Part shown: piece after piece, positions 45,820 to 58,035 of the stretch
How positions within the stretch are numbered: the stretch's first letter is position 1
How the letters are laid out: each line of letters opens with the position of its first letter
From: Squalus acanthias
Taxonomy: Eukaryota
Assembly (NCBI GenBank): GCA_030390025.1
Contig: CM059432.1
Span: 88,910,001 to 88,974,000 of the forward strand
DNA length: 64,000 nt
Reading direction: 5' to 3'
Position numbers and translations under genes: made by a program
The notes under the pieces: generated by a model
The model's database searches: none
What the model was told of the DNA's origin: nothing
Seen by the model: the letters and a program-made list of their open reading frames with translations, nothing else

Positions 45820-47772
45820 CTGGGGGAGCACTAGATTAAGAAAAGTGACACAAAAGACAGGCACTAAGGGATTGCACAAGGGTGATTAGTTAATATTTTT
45901 CATGTAAATATGTGTGAATTGATTTGTGATAAATTTATTCATTTTGTTTGGAATCTTTTGTGGTTGCTCGCATTTCAGCTTTGTGCCCAGGAGGACGCTG
46001 TGATATTCTGTGAGACAGGGATGGTATGATGGGGATGTGGTGAGCAATAGGGATCTGGGTTTTAATCATTGGAATCGGAGTCTGATGAGCCGTTTACCGC
46101 CAGCCCATCCGGAAGGACGAATGGCTGCCTGCCTCCTCCCTCCCTCCTCTTCCTCTTGCTCCTCGTCGTCCTCTTCCTCCCCCTCCTCCTCCTCTCCCTG
46201 GTCTTCCTCCTGAGGTGGTGCCACAATCCCTGGTGGCAAGGGCTGCGCCCTCATGATGGCCAAGTTGTGAAGCATGCAACAGACGACCACGAAATGGGAC
46301 ACCCTCTCTGCCGAGTACTGGAGGGCTCCTCCCAAGCGGTCAAGGCAGCGGAACCATTGCTTCAGTAGCCCGATGGTCTGCTCAATGATGTTCCTGGTGG
46401 AAGCATGGCTCTCATTATATGAGTGCTGGGCAGGAGTGGTGGGGTTGCAGTTGGGAGTCATGAGCCAGGTGGAGAGCGGATAGCCCCTTTCTCCAAGCAG
46501 CCACCCTCGAGTTTGCTGTGGTGGCTGGAAGATTGCTGGCACATCAGACTGACACAGGATGAAGGCTTCATGAATGCTGCCAGGATAGTGGGCATTGACA
46601 TTGAGGAATCACTGTCTATGGTCGCACACAACCTACACATTAAGTGGGTGGTAGCCTTTATGGTTACGGAAGATCTCAGGATTGTTATGCGGCGCCCACA
46701 AAGCCACTTGTGTGCACCATGGGGAAGCCGGCTATCCTTGCCAAGGCACATGTGCGCTCGTCCTGCTTCACTTGCTCAGAGAGGGGCCGAATGGCCTTCT
46801 CCTGCTCCTATCTTCTATGTTTCTATGAGAAGACAAAGCAGTCCCTTCTCCTGGTGTAGAGAGCCTCAGTGACCTCCCGGATGCAGCTATGGATGGCGAA
46901 CTGTGAGATGTTAGCTATGTCTCCTGCTGCTGACTGGAAGGATCTGCTGGCAAAGAAATTGAGGGCCACGGTGACCTTGACTGCCACTGGGAGAGCCATG
47001 TTCGCCCTGCTCTCAGGCTGCAGGTCTGGTTGCAGGAGGTGGCAGAGTTCTGTGACCACCTCCTTGGTGAAGTGGAGCCTCCTAATACACTGCTCCTCGC
47101 TTAATTGGAAATAGGAGAAGTGCTGTCGGAATAGCCTAGGTGGGTAAGGCCTCCAGTTGAGAGCCCGCAAGGACCTGCTCCTCCTCCCACTACGTGCATG
47201 TTCCCATCTTCCTCGCTGCCTCTGCTCCCTCTGCCGATGATCCTGGAGCACGAGGTCGACTACCAGCACAGCCCCCATGACTGTGAGCAAGTGTTGTGAG
47301 CATAAGCCTTTAAATAAGAATGAAGATGTTCTCCACTTGCTCCAACACTCCCTGTTACCATAGAACCTTGCAATAAGTTAATAAAGCTGCTGGAGTTGCA
47401 GAAAGTTGCACAGAGCCAGTCAAACTACAGAAACATGTCAGCTGCAAGTTATTGCTGATTATCCCTTTAAATATCACTGCTGGAGCCTCCTTCCTGCTTT
47501 TGAACACTTGCTCTGCCTGTCGTTGTTAAGGCATGCCGATAATTTGAAAGACAAAATCCAATGCTGCAGATCAGGCATCAACTGAGTATTGCACACTCAC
47601 TGACATCAAAATCTCGTTAATTTCAATCCCTTCAGCGATCGCTTTTATTGGCAGCGCTGCCGGCCCCGCAAAATAGCCACCTGACACTAGCTGGTGGAAT
47701 AGCAGTGGCTGCTGTTTTTTCACCATATCATGACGGTAGTGGGTGGTGTTAAACCCCCAAATTTTTAGCCCC
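45820..47772. mobile_element. Degenerate Harbinger, right half
   Basis: Transposase pseudogene, end of the Myb gene, and terminal AATTTTTAGCCCC. Confidence 0.8.
46066..47290 (-). pseudogene. HARBI1-like transposase pseudogene
   Basis: Homologous to 5827-6987. Frameshifts; first catalytic motif (GAIDCTH) deleted; LLGDKGY changed to LLGERGY. Confidence 0.9.
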
Positions 47773-48912
47773 AACGATCAAAAATAACCTGGCAATATTA
47801 CACATCATAAAAGACTAAGCAAGTGAATTTCCTCTATGTACACTGAGAGTGTATTAGATGAGATTTCATTTTTCACTTTCTTTAAAGCACACATGCAGGA
47901 AATCGGTGCACTTTATATTAAAGATGCATTACTATTGCTGCATATCTGATAATCCAAACTGAACTCAAATCCAATGATGAATCACTCACTGACCACCCAA
48001 ATAACTATGTAGCCAGCACATTTAATCCATTGTAGATCAATTGTCGTGAAGTTTTCAATTAATTGTTACTGGAACAAACACAGAAAACATGAAAGTCCAT
48101 TGTACAGACTGGGCCCTGCAGACTACTGTAGTTGGTGTGGGGGGCCGGGAGAATACTCCCCGAAGCAGAAATGCAATCAACTAATAAATATAGTCCTGAA
48201 ATTGTGGGGCGCGGGGAGGGTATTTTTACAGTGCAATTTCTGTGGGGAGGCGGAACCTGGATCTGGTCGAGTTCTGCCCCTTTTCAGCCGTATCTGAAAT
48301 CCCAGCAATTTAGGGAGCCACCCCAGAATATGCCAGCCCACAATAAGGTGGGTGTATTATAATGGATGTAAATTAGGAAAATACAGACAACATCCAACGT
48401 AAAAAGAAGGACTTGTATTTATATAGCGCCTTTCACAACCTCAGAATGTCTCAAAGCACTTTACAGCCAATGAAGTACTTTTGAAGAGTACTCTCTGTTT
48501 TAATGCAGGAAACATGGCTTCCTCATCTATGCCCTTAGCAACGCTCGATGTCAAGAATGCTTGTGAGGAAGGGAGGCATTCTTAAATTCCGAGGCCAATT
48601 TTGAACTGCAAGGCGGCAGCAGTAATTCAATTTTTTTTTCTGACTGTTGTCAAGCCCTTCAGGCCTGATGCTATGACGAGGTATCGCAGTGAAATTTCTT
48701 TTGTTTCAGATAGGCACACCAGTCCCACATGAAATGGTGTGGGTACTTGCCCAAGATATATTGAATAGCCTAACTCCAGGAATCCCAATAGGGCACAGAG
48801 GATGAGCGGATGATGCACTCCCCCCACTATCTGCGCTCACCCCCGCCCCCCCCCCCCCACCCCGCCCCGGCTCTTTCTTGCAAGGCCTTCCCAGGAATTT
48901 CAGGGCCTAGAG

Positions 48913-51599
48913 CAGCGGTTCCCAACCTTTTCCATCCCGCGGACCACTTCAACGTCATCAAAAGCTTCCGCGGACCACCAACCGTTTAAAAAATTTTTAA
49001 CAGCCTAAAAACGCAGCTGTTTCTAATCATTTACTATGCTCACTCACAAATACATTGCACTGGCACTCGTCACAGCCCATTTAACTACAGTAGGCCTACC
49101 AGTGGGGAAAAGATAACACTTACCTAATGAGAAGGCTGATGTTGTTTTGCAGACGTCAAACGCTGGATGTCAGGTTCCAGCAATGACAGTCTCAATCGGA
49201 GATCTGGTTCAACTTGCTGTTTATTCCGGTATTTGGTGTTCAATGCGACAAGCGCAGCAAATCCAGTTTCGCATAGGTACGTTGTGGGAAAAGGCATTAG
49301 AAACTTTACTGCCTTGTCGGACAGTGCTGGATATTCCGAAGCAACTTTAAGCCAAAAGTCAGTCAGGTATTGCCGAGAGAAATCCTGCTTTAAAGCACTG
49401 TCACAGGACAGTTCCACAAGGTTGTCTTGCTCTGTCGAGGTCAGGCTTGCGAGGATATCATCATCAAGGCTCGCAAAGGGATTTCGTATCCAGTTGAATT
49501 TTGTGTCAGGCACAGGGAAGTACTTGCGTAGGTTTATTTTCAAACTTTGGAGGTGCTCTCTGATGATTTCTTTCACACTGTTTGGAAGCTGCATCTCTAC
49601 CGTGACCAAAAAATCAGACAGATTCGCAAACGAGTCGTAATTTGACTGCTCAAGTCGTTTGGTCCACATCTCTATTTTCTTGATCATCGCTTCTATTTTG
49701 TCCTGCACATGAAAGAATGTCACTGATTTTCCCTGAAGACGCAAATTGAGACCATTCAAGTGATCAAAAATATCTGCCATATATGCCAATTTGTCCAGCC
49801 ACTGAAAATCACTGAAGCGATGTGAAAGTTCAAACTTTGAGTCCAGTAAAAAAAATCTCACCTCTTCATGCAACTCTAAAATACGAGTGAGTACCTTTCC
49901 TCGGGACAGCCAATGGACCTCGGTGTGCAGAAGTAGTTGATGGTGATCACTGCCCATCTCGTCACAAATAGCTGCAAATATTCGCGAATTCAGTGGACGG
50001 GCCTTGATATAATTAACAGTTTTAACGGCTTCCTCCAAAACGGTCTTGAGATCAGCAGGCATTTTCTTTGCAGCTAACGTCTCCCTATGAATGCTGCAGT
50101 GAATGGATGATGCTGCCGGAGCCACTGCTCTTACACGCGTAACAACCCCACTATGCTGGCCTAACATTGTACAGGTCCCATCTGTGCCAAGTCCGACACA
50201 TTTTGACCAATCAATCCCATTTTCAATAATGAAACTGTTCAACATTCCAAAAATAGCCTCTGCAGTTGAGCGTGTAGGCAACGATTTACAAAAGAGAAAG
50301 TCCTCATGTATCTCTCCATTGTGTTCATACCTTACATAGGTGATCAGGTTTGAAAGGTTTGCAATGTCCGTTGATTCATCCTTTTGAGGTGCATAAAAAC
50401 GACTCGCTTGCATTCTCGCTATTAGCTGATCACACAAGTCCTGAGCCATCTCATCAATTCTGTGTTGAACTGTGTTATCCGACAATGAAATCATGTTAAT
50501 TTGCTTGCAGGCCCCCTCTCCCAGCATAACACCCACCATCTCCTTAGCCGCTGGCAATATCAACTCCTCCCCAATTGTGTGCGGCTTCCCTGTCTTTGCT
50601 ATGAGCCTAGCTACCCGGTACGAGGCCTCCACCGCCTTAGCATTATCACTGCCTTTAGATGTGCATTCCATAATTGTCTTGCTACGTTGAAATTCTTTGA
50701 GCTGGTTGTAAAAAAATCCAATTGGCTTGGACACGTATTCCCCATGCTTAGTCTCAAGATGACGGCGAAGATTAGCGGGCTTTAGGCTTTCATTCGACAG
50801 AACATCATAGCACAGGACACATACTGGTAACGGTTCGTTCTCAGTTCCAGCGTACGTAAATCCCAGTTTTAAGTATTCACTGCTGTATTTTCTCCTCACT
50901 TTTCGCTTACTTTTGTTGTGCTGAGTTTCATTTGCTGATGTCTCACTGTCATTCTTACCACAGGAGAGAGTTCGCTTACGCGTGCCAGATAAAAGCCACC
51001 GATCCATTTTTTGATTCCCGCGCTCTAACCGTCGAATTTTCTAGAAGAATCTAAGAGCGTCGGTTGACGTCACGCAAAAGCACCACACCCCCACACTATT
51101 ACTGTTTAATAAAGTCTCTTCATGTTTGCAGCTATGACTTTAAAAACTATGACAAATGCTACTTTAGGTCTAGTTGTTCTCTTGCCTCCAAGCAAGTTGC
51201 GATGAACCCCAAGTGTACTCAACAATGCTGTATTTCAAAGAGCCATCTAAGGAAACAAGGTTTCCAAGGCTGCTGAAGATTTTAATTCCATTATCTATGA
51301 GAGAGTTCGCTTACACGTGCCAGATAAAAGCCACCGTCGAATTTTCTAGAAGAATCTAAGTGCGTCGGTTCACGTTGACGTCACGCAAAAGCGAGACACC
51401 CCCACACTATTAAAATTTCAGAAGTGCTTTGTTCTTTTTAGTCAGTTGACTATATAATAATAATGTATCGCATATGATACATACGAGGTACACGCGGTGC
51501 TATTATTATTACAGTATCAAAAATTTTTTTTTTCGCGGACCACCTGCAGTACCCTCGTGGACCACTGGTGGTCCGCGGACCACAGGTTGGGAAACGCTG
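48913..51599 (-). mobile_element. Full-length hAT transposon, Buster/Charlie type
   Basis: 16-bp TIR CAGCGGTTCCCAACCT / CAGCGTTTCCCAACCT; perfect 8-bp TSD GCCTAGAG with central TA. Confidence 0.95.
49124..51007 (-). CDS. Buster-type hAT transposase (ZBED5/SCAND3-like), 627 aa
   Basis: BED finger CVLC..LRRHLETKH; DESTD, TDG, CSIH, WLSRG, YLCETGF. Confidence 0.92.
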   Translation of the reverse strand: MDRWLLSGTRKRTLSCGKNDSETSANETQHNKSKRKVRRKYSSEYLKLGFTYAGTENEPLPVCVLCYDVLSNESLKPANLRRHLETKHGEYVSKPIGFFYNQLKEFQRSKTIMECTSKGSDNAKAVEASYRVARLIAKTGKPHTIGEELILPAAKEMVGVMLGEGACKQINMISLSDNTVQHRIDEMAQDLCDQLIARMQASRFYAPQKDESTDIANLSNLITYVRYEHNGEIHEDFLFCKSLPTRSTAEAIFGMLNSFIIENGIDWSKCVGLGTDGTCTMLGQHSGVVTRVRAVAPAASSIHCSIHRETLAAKKMPADLKTVLEEAVKTVNYIKARPLNSRIFAAICDEMGSDHHQLLLHTEVHWLSRGKVLTRILELHEEVRFFLLDSKFELSHRFSDFQWLDKLAYMADIFDHLNGLNLRLQGKSVTFFHVQDKIEAMIKKIEMWTKRLEQSNYDSFANLSDFLVTVEMQLPNSVKEIIREHLQSLKINLRKYFPVPDTKFNWIRNPFASLDDDILASLTSTEQDNLVELSCDSALKQDFSRQYLTDFWLKVASEYPALSDKAVKFLMPFPTTYLCETGFAALVALNTKYRNKQQVEPDLRLRLSLLEPDIQRLTSAKQHQPSH

Positions 51600-51799
51600 G
51601 CCTAGAGAATTTAGCATGCATGGGAAACTCAAGCAACAGGTGAATAGATGGGACGATGAACAACATAGGTTGTAATGAAGAGTATAGACCCAAAATGTCA
51701 GACCTCGTTTTTTCTCTTCAGACTTGCTGACTGACCTGTTACCTATTTCCTGCCTTTTCCATTTTATTTGCCTCCTGGCTTTAATTTCCTCCCTTTGGC

Positions 51800-52204
51800 A
51801 GGGTGGGGGGGTCGGGGGTGGGGTGGGGGGTTCGGGGGGGTCAGTGTGGTTGGTGGGTGGGTGGTGGGGGGGGTGGGGGGGTCGGGGGGGTGGGGGGGGT
51901 TGGGGTGGTGGGGAGGTCGGGGGGGGGTGGGGGGTTTGGGGGGGTGGGTGGGGGGGGGTTGGGGGGGTGGGTCGGGTGGTGGGGTGCTGGGGGGGTGGTG
52001 GGGGGGTGGGGGGGGTGGTTGGGGGGTCGGGGGGGTCGAGGGGGGGTGGTGGGGGGGAGGTCGGGGGGGGTGGGGGGTTTGGGGGGTGGGTCGGGGGTGG
52101 TGGGGGGGGGTGGTGGGGGGGTCGGGGGGGGGTGGTTGGGGGGTCGGGGGGGTCGGGGGGGGTGGTGGGGTCGGGGTGGTGGGGGGGGGGTCGGGGGGGG
52201 TGGT
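51800..52204 (+). repeat. G-rich low-complexity tract (Gn-T / Gn-TC)
   Basis: About 400 bp of G runs separated by T, TC or TT. Confidence 0.9.
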
Positions 52205-53604
52205 GATGGAGATTGGAGGTCTAATTGGTAAAGTTTGACATTGTTCTTCACCTGCTTGCTGCCATGCCTTGCTGCCTTAGCTAACTGCTTGGCACAGATG
52301 GTCCTGCTGCAGACACAACTCTTGAAAAGTATGATGAAAAGATTGATGAGACATGCAATTAAGTTATCCGAGAGCCAGGTGAGTAAGTCAAGCACTGTTC
52401 CTTCCTTACCTTGTTGTCCAACAGTCAGATATTGAAGTGTGCAGGCTGAAATATCTTTTTAAAGGTATGCACTCCAGCAAATCATGCCTGTTTTACACGG
52501 GTTTTACGCCATGGACTCCTCAAATGGGTATGCAAATGAGTTGACCCAGGAAACCCTCATATAACTATCCAGACCACCGGCAGGGGTAAATCTTTTTCCA
52601 CTGAGGTAATAGCAGTGCAACTCACTGTGTAGAAATTCGGGTCCTATGGGAATTGGCGATTTACTGAACAATAAACCACTAGGTAAATTCAGGTTGCAAT
52701 AACCAAGCAACAGCACAGGAATCAGTTGTGATGCCTGAATCACAGGTTGTTTATTTTTAGTTGGATTATGACCCTACATCATGTTTCTTGTGCACCATAC
52801 ATTGAAATAGTTGTTCACTTTTATTCATTATTTTGTAAATTTTAAAAATGAATGCCATTGTTCATGATGAGGCTTATGTGGGTCGAGGTTTGCTAATGCG
52901 TCTGGGAGTACAATGATGCAGCCTCCTGTTGTGTAGTTAAGTAGCTGCTGTTGGTCATGTGTCATTTGTTTAAAAGTAGTCTCATTTGTAAAATAAAGCA
53001 TTGCTCCTCTGCATACATCTGTATCCTGCTACTGTATAAGTACAGTCCTAAGGACATTTGTGGGATTAAATGACACTGCAATATTAGCATGTCAGTGCTT
53101 AATGCACTTATCCAGTTACCAGTTGTTGCCAAGGTCTGCAACCAAAATTTTAACCTGTTTATTCACTTCACAGATCCTAATGATTCTGCTGTATATTTCC
53201 TGTGTTTTTTTCAGATTACCAATATTTGCAGTTTCTATTTATTTTCTTTCATATGAAATTCATTTGTCCAGATTTTTAAATTTCATATACATATTTTAAG
53301 CAAATTAACACTAATATAGTGTAATGCAGTTTTATCCCATTGGAGACTTGACTATACCAATGAAAGGCAATTGAATGGATTGCCTGCTGCAAGCATGTTA
53401 AGAAAACAAAACTCTTCTGTTATTTCAGAGCATCATGAGAAAATAAGAATGAGTTGTCTATTTTTAAAGCTAACAGAATATGGAGTTGCAAAGTCCAATA
53501 TTAAGCCACAAAGTTTCAATATTGTATTCATTGTTAGACATTTACTATGGCGCAGGAGAGTGAGGTTCACTATTATTCCTGAGGTAAGTCTGTTTGAAGT
53601 GATT

Positions 53605-56295
53605 GGCCTAGAAATTTGAACCTTTAGCGCCAGCTGTTAAGGGAGGTTTTAAAGAAAAAATGGCGGCCACCTCGCTTTCGTCCGCTTGCTGCTATATTGG
53701 ACAGGTTGGCAGTGCTGCCGTTGCTTACATCGCCGCCAAGTATTTTAATTACCTGGAGCGTGATGTCAATCGGCGTGCAATGCCGAATTGACGCACGCTC
53801 ATCGATTTTGGACATCGCCACACCTCTTACTGCCCTCTCTAAAGCACGCCCGTGCGTGCAGCCATTGGCAGCGCATAGAGCCGGGAGAAAGCAGCGGTGA
53901 GCTATGAACCGTACAGTAAACAGCTGCTGAGATAACTGATAACTATGGAGAGCTCAGACTATGGCTGAGATTTTCCGGGATGTCAGCAGGCGGGATCGGT
54001 GGCAGGTCAGGTAGGAAAGTGGATTTTTTTGACAATGGGTTGGGATCCTGCTGTCAACGTGCAGCAACGTGCCTTTCCCAATGTCGGGTCTGTCAGCGCT
54101 GAGCAGGCCTGACAGACAGCGGCGGGTGACTGAATTAAACTTATTAGCATCTAGTTAACAGATGATTAACAAGCTTTTTGAACTTAATTTTTGACTTCAT
54201 GGCCACGGGAACCACACTGTTCAGTGACCACGTCTGTCAACCTGAGGCGTGGGTTCAGTGGCCATTGCTCCAGCTGATTACTTGACAGTTTCAAATGTAT
54301 AGTAAAAGCTCCCACCTGGTAGATCATCACTTTCCTCAGCTACAAGCTGTTTCTCAGTCCATTTCCAGCACAGATTCTGCAGGCTTTCCACTTTCCACTC
54401 TCCATCAGTCTCACCTCATCTCTACTTCACCTGCCATCTATTCAATCAACATGGGTGCCCTTTATACTGTCTCACCTTGTTCCTCAAAATCTAACCATGA
54501 TTAGCCCCAACACCAGCAGCACCAGGCACACCAGCAGCACCAACAACAACACCAACCTTCTCCGCAATCACCTGATGCTGCACAGGACACAGGGCATCAG
54601 CGCCCGAACACATTGCTGCCCGGGAGGCCAGGGATGGCCTCACCATGGCCAGATTTACTAAACTTGACGCTGCACACCCTAGCTGCGGCAGGTTGCCACC
54701 ACCGCACACCAACACCATAAAGCATCCCTACAATGTCCAAGCCATTCCTTTCACACTCACCACCATTGCAGGGGAGGTACCGTTATGTCTCACCATTCAC
54801 TGCAACTCACTAAGCCACTTCCAAATGTGCACACAAATCTGTGCAAGAACGGAAAGTGTTGAAAATAAAGATTTCAATGTTTGACAGCACATTAACAGAA
54901 ACTTTACATGAACATTGGATAAAACACCCAAGTAGCTATCCTTATGTGTTGTTAGTTGGTATGATTGCACTAGGATGAGTGTGAGGGGTGGCTAGTGAGA
55001 TGGGGATGTGATAATGTAGATAGGGAGGGATGGGTGGAGGTGCAAGGTAAGTTGGTGTGAGTAAGGATGTGCAGGTGTAGGGTAGGGAAGGCAGAGTGAT
55101 GGGGATGTGATGAGTGGCACAGCAAGTCTGTGCTGTAACCATTCTATGATTCTATGAAGGTGAGTGTGGCTTTGTACTAACATTTCGTGATCTAATAAGA
55201 TCATTGAAAGGTTTGCGCCACTGCACCCAGGTCGTCTTGACCACATCCCTGCTTGTGCCCTCCTCTGTAATATGCAACCAGGCTGTGTTGGTCTCCTGGG
55301 GAGGTCTCTTCCACCCATGGGAAGGGAAGAGGACCTCCCTGCGTGCTGTGATTCCCTCCAAAGCATATGGAGGGAGTCATGGGAGAACCTGGGTGCAGCC
55401 CTCTGCCTCTGTGCAGTCATTGTCAGTGTTTGCAGCACCTCAATGCTGTAGAACACTGACAGCACAACTGTCAAATGAAAGTTGGTCATGGTCCCTCTAA
55501 GGAAACTGGCTGATGACACGTCATGAATGACGTCACCAGACCCACTTCCTCTAATTGGACCGGGCTGGGCGGGCTTAACAAGCCCTCTCAATGGAAATTC
55601 GGACCCGCCGAGATGAGGAAAATTTCAGCCTAATAATTGGAGTGAAAACTGCTTCCAATGAGATGCATCAAATCTCCCCCCTGGTCAGTCAAACATTACA
55701 GGTGGTAAATACTTTTAAAATAAACTATGCTGTATTACAGTTGTAAGAATCTCAGGAAAAAAATCAAAGCTGCATTTCCTTAAATTTTATACATTGGGGT
55801 TTCTAGCTCAGGAAGTAATAAAATTATATGCAAAGTTTTGAAGTCTGTTTTTAAAAGGCAAAGAATTAAGGAAAATTTCACACCATATTCTCACAAAGAG
55901 TTCTTCTAAAGTCTGTTGTTAAAAATTTAGTTGAACTCTCTTCTGCACGATTTACACCAGTAAACTCATGACCAAGAGGTGCATGATTCCCTTTGTTAAA
56001 CATTTATTTCAATTGATTTCTCATGCAACGGTTTAACGACATCTATGCCACAGTCTTTCACTGTTTATAGGTGACTGCCCGAGAACGGCGCACCGATCCT
56101 TTAGACGTGACCTTCAGCATCCTGCTGATGTTACTGCTGGAAAGAATGCGTTGCACGGGAGATTCTGCGCTCCGCTCATGTAAATCTGCAGGCAGCCCCA
56201 AAATACCTGTGCTTCCTGCGCTCTTTTTGCGGCGGCTGTTAACCTTGGCCCACGGTAGCACTGCCCGTTTTCGGGCTTAATCGAATTTCTAGGCC
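53605..56295. mobile_element. Harbinger-type MITE with a nested element
   Basis: Perfect 12-bp TIR GGCCTAGAAATT / AATTTCTAGGCC; flanks ATT / ACT. Confidence 0.75.
53963..55630 (-). mobile_element. Deleted Harbinger retaining a Myb exon-1 pseudogene (about 55180-55420)
   Basis: TIR GGCTGAGATTTTCC / GGAAAATTTCAGCC; MTAQRQRAAPRF...TWVQWRKPFNDL. Confidence 0.8.
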
Positions 56296-57154
56296 ACTAT
56301 GTATCGATTACCAATAGATAAAGGTCACAAATATCATAACTACTGTTCTTGTGTCCAGATAAAGTATTATAAAGTTAGGGAACCAGTACTGTCATGGAAT
56401 CAAAACAAGCAAATTGGCCTTTTTATCTATTTTTTTTGAATGTATGAAAATTGCTCTGTCCTACACCCAAAGAGCTGAGATCAATGAATAAATATTGTAT
56501 AGTATATTGAGAAATCAATTTTCAGTTACTGTTAGAAAAGTATTATTAATTGGAATTTTTTATTCTGTTACTGAAGATCCATTTTTTTTCATAAACTGTT
56601 TTGTACAATTGTAATTACTAAAGTACTGTAATAAAATATTAACTTTATCCAATCATTCAAATAAGACAACTATTAAAAGTACAGTATCTGTACTGATCCC
56701 ACGTGACTAATATTTTCTATAAGCACACAAGAAGTAGTCAGTGAACTCTAACAGCAGATTTTCATTGATAGTGAGAGGGGAGAACTCTGGACTCTTGAAC
56801 TTCTTAAGACTGAATCTATTGTACAACAATACTCAATATATAAAATTACTCAGTCATCTGTTAATGAAAAGCCTAATAATCACCAATCAGAGAGGGTCCC
56901 TCACATTTGTTTTTGTCTAAAGTAGTCACAAAAGCTACTAATCTAATAATAGATCGGATGCAATATTGGCACTAAGAATCAGACCTAAAAAACAGCAACT
57001 TAAATCAAAATTATTTTTGCAATCCACACATTTTCCAGTATAATGTATCGAGAATAAGTATGTACCTGAGCAGGTGGTCCCTTTTTACACCTCATCCTAC
57101 TAACAGGCTACCCACTAACTGACAGATACTGAAATAAAACTATATAATTTAACA

Positions 57155-58035
57155 AAGCTGTAGACTGCAGGAAGATATCAATAAATTGGGCAGGTGGGCA
57201 GAACAGTGGCAAATGGAATTCAATCCGGAGAAGTGTGAGGTAATGCATTTGGGTAGGGATAACAAGGAAAGGGAATACACATTAAATGGTAGGACACTGA
57301 GTAGCGTAGAGGAACAAAGGGACCTTGGAGTGCATGTCCACAGATCTCTGAAGGTAGCAGGCCAGGTAGATAAGGTGGTTAAGAAGGCATACGGAATGCT
57401 TGCCTTTATTAGCCGTGGCATAGAATACAAGAGCAGGGGGGTTATGCTTCAACTGTATAAAACACTAGTTAGGCCTCAGCTAGAGTATTGCATGCAGTTC
57501 TGGTCACCAAATTACAGGAAAGATGTGATTGCACTAGAGAGGGTACAGAGGAGATTTACAAGGATGTTGCCGGGAGTAGAGAATCTTAGCTATGAGGAAA
57601 GACTGGATAGGCTGGGTTTGTTTTCCTTGGAACAGAGGAGGCTGAGGGGAGACCTTATTGAGGTGTATAAAATTATGAGGGGCCAAGATAAAGTGGATAG
57701 ATAGAAAGGACCTATTTCCCTTAGCAGAGGGGTCAAAAACCAGGGGGCACAGATTTAAAGTAATTGGTGGAAGGTTTAGAGGGGATTTGAGGGGAAATTT
57801 CTTCACCCAGAGGGTTGTGGGGGTCTGGAACTCACTGCCTGAAAGGGTGGTAGAGGCAGAAACCCTAACCACATTTAAAAAGTACTTGGATGCGCACTTG
57901 GGATGCTGTAACCTGCATGGCTACGGACCAAGAGCTGGGAAGTGGGATTAGGCTGGATAGCTCTTTGTTGGCCGGCGCGGACACGATGGGCCGAAATGGC
58001 CTCCTTCCATGCTGTAACTTTCTATGATTCTATGA
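57155..58035 (+). mobile_element. CR1 LINE 3' fragment
   Basis: WQMEFNPEKC...LVRPQLEYC...RRLRGDLIEVYKI; (TTCTATGA)n tail. Confidence 0.92.

Noticed and set aside
49124..51007. Domesticated ZBED5/SCAND3 host gene
   Set aside because: Intact TIRs and a perfect TSD indicate a recent transposon copy.
51724..52395. Gly-rich and Pro-rich ORFs
   Set aside because: Translations of the G tract; no coding evidence.
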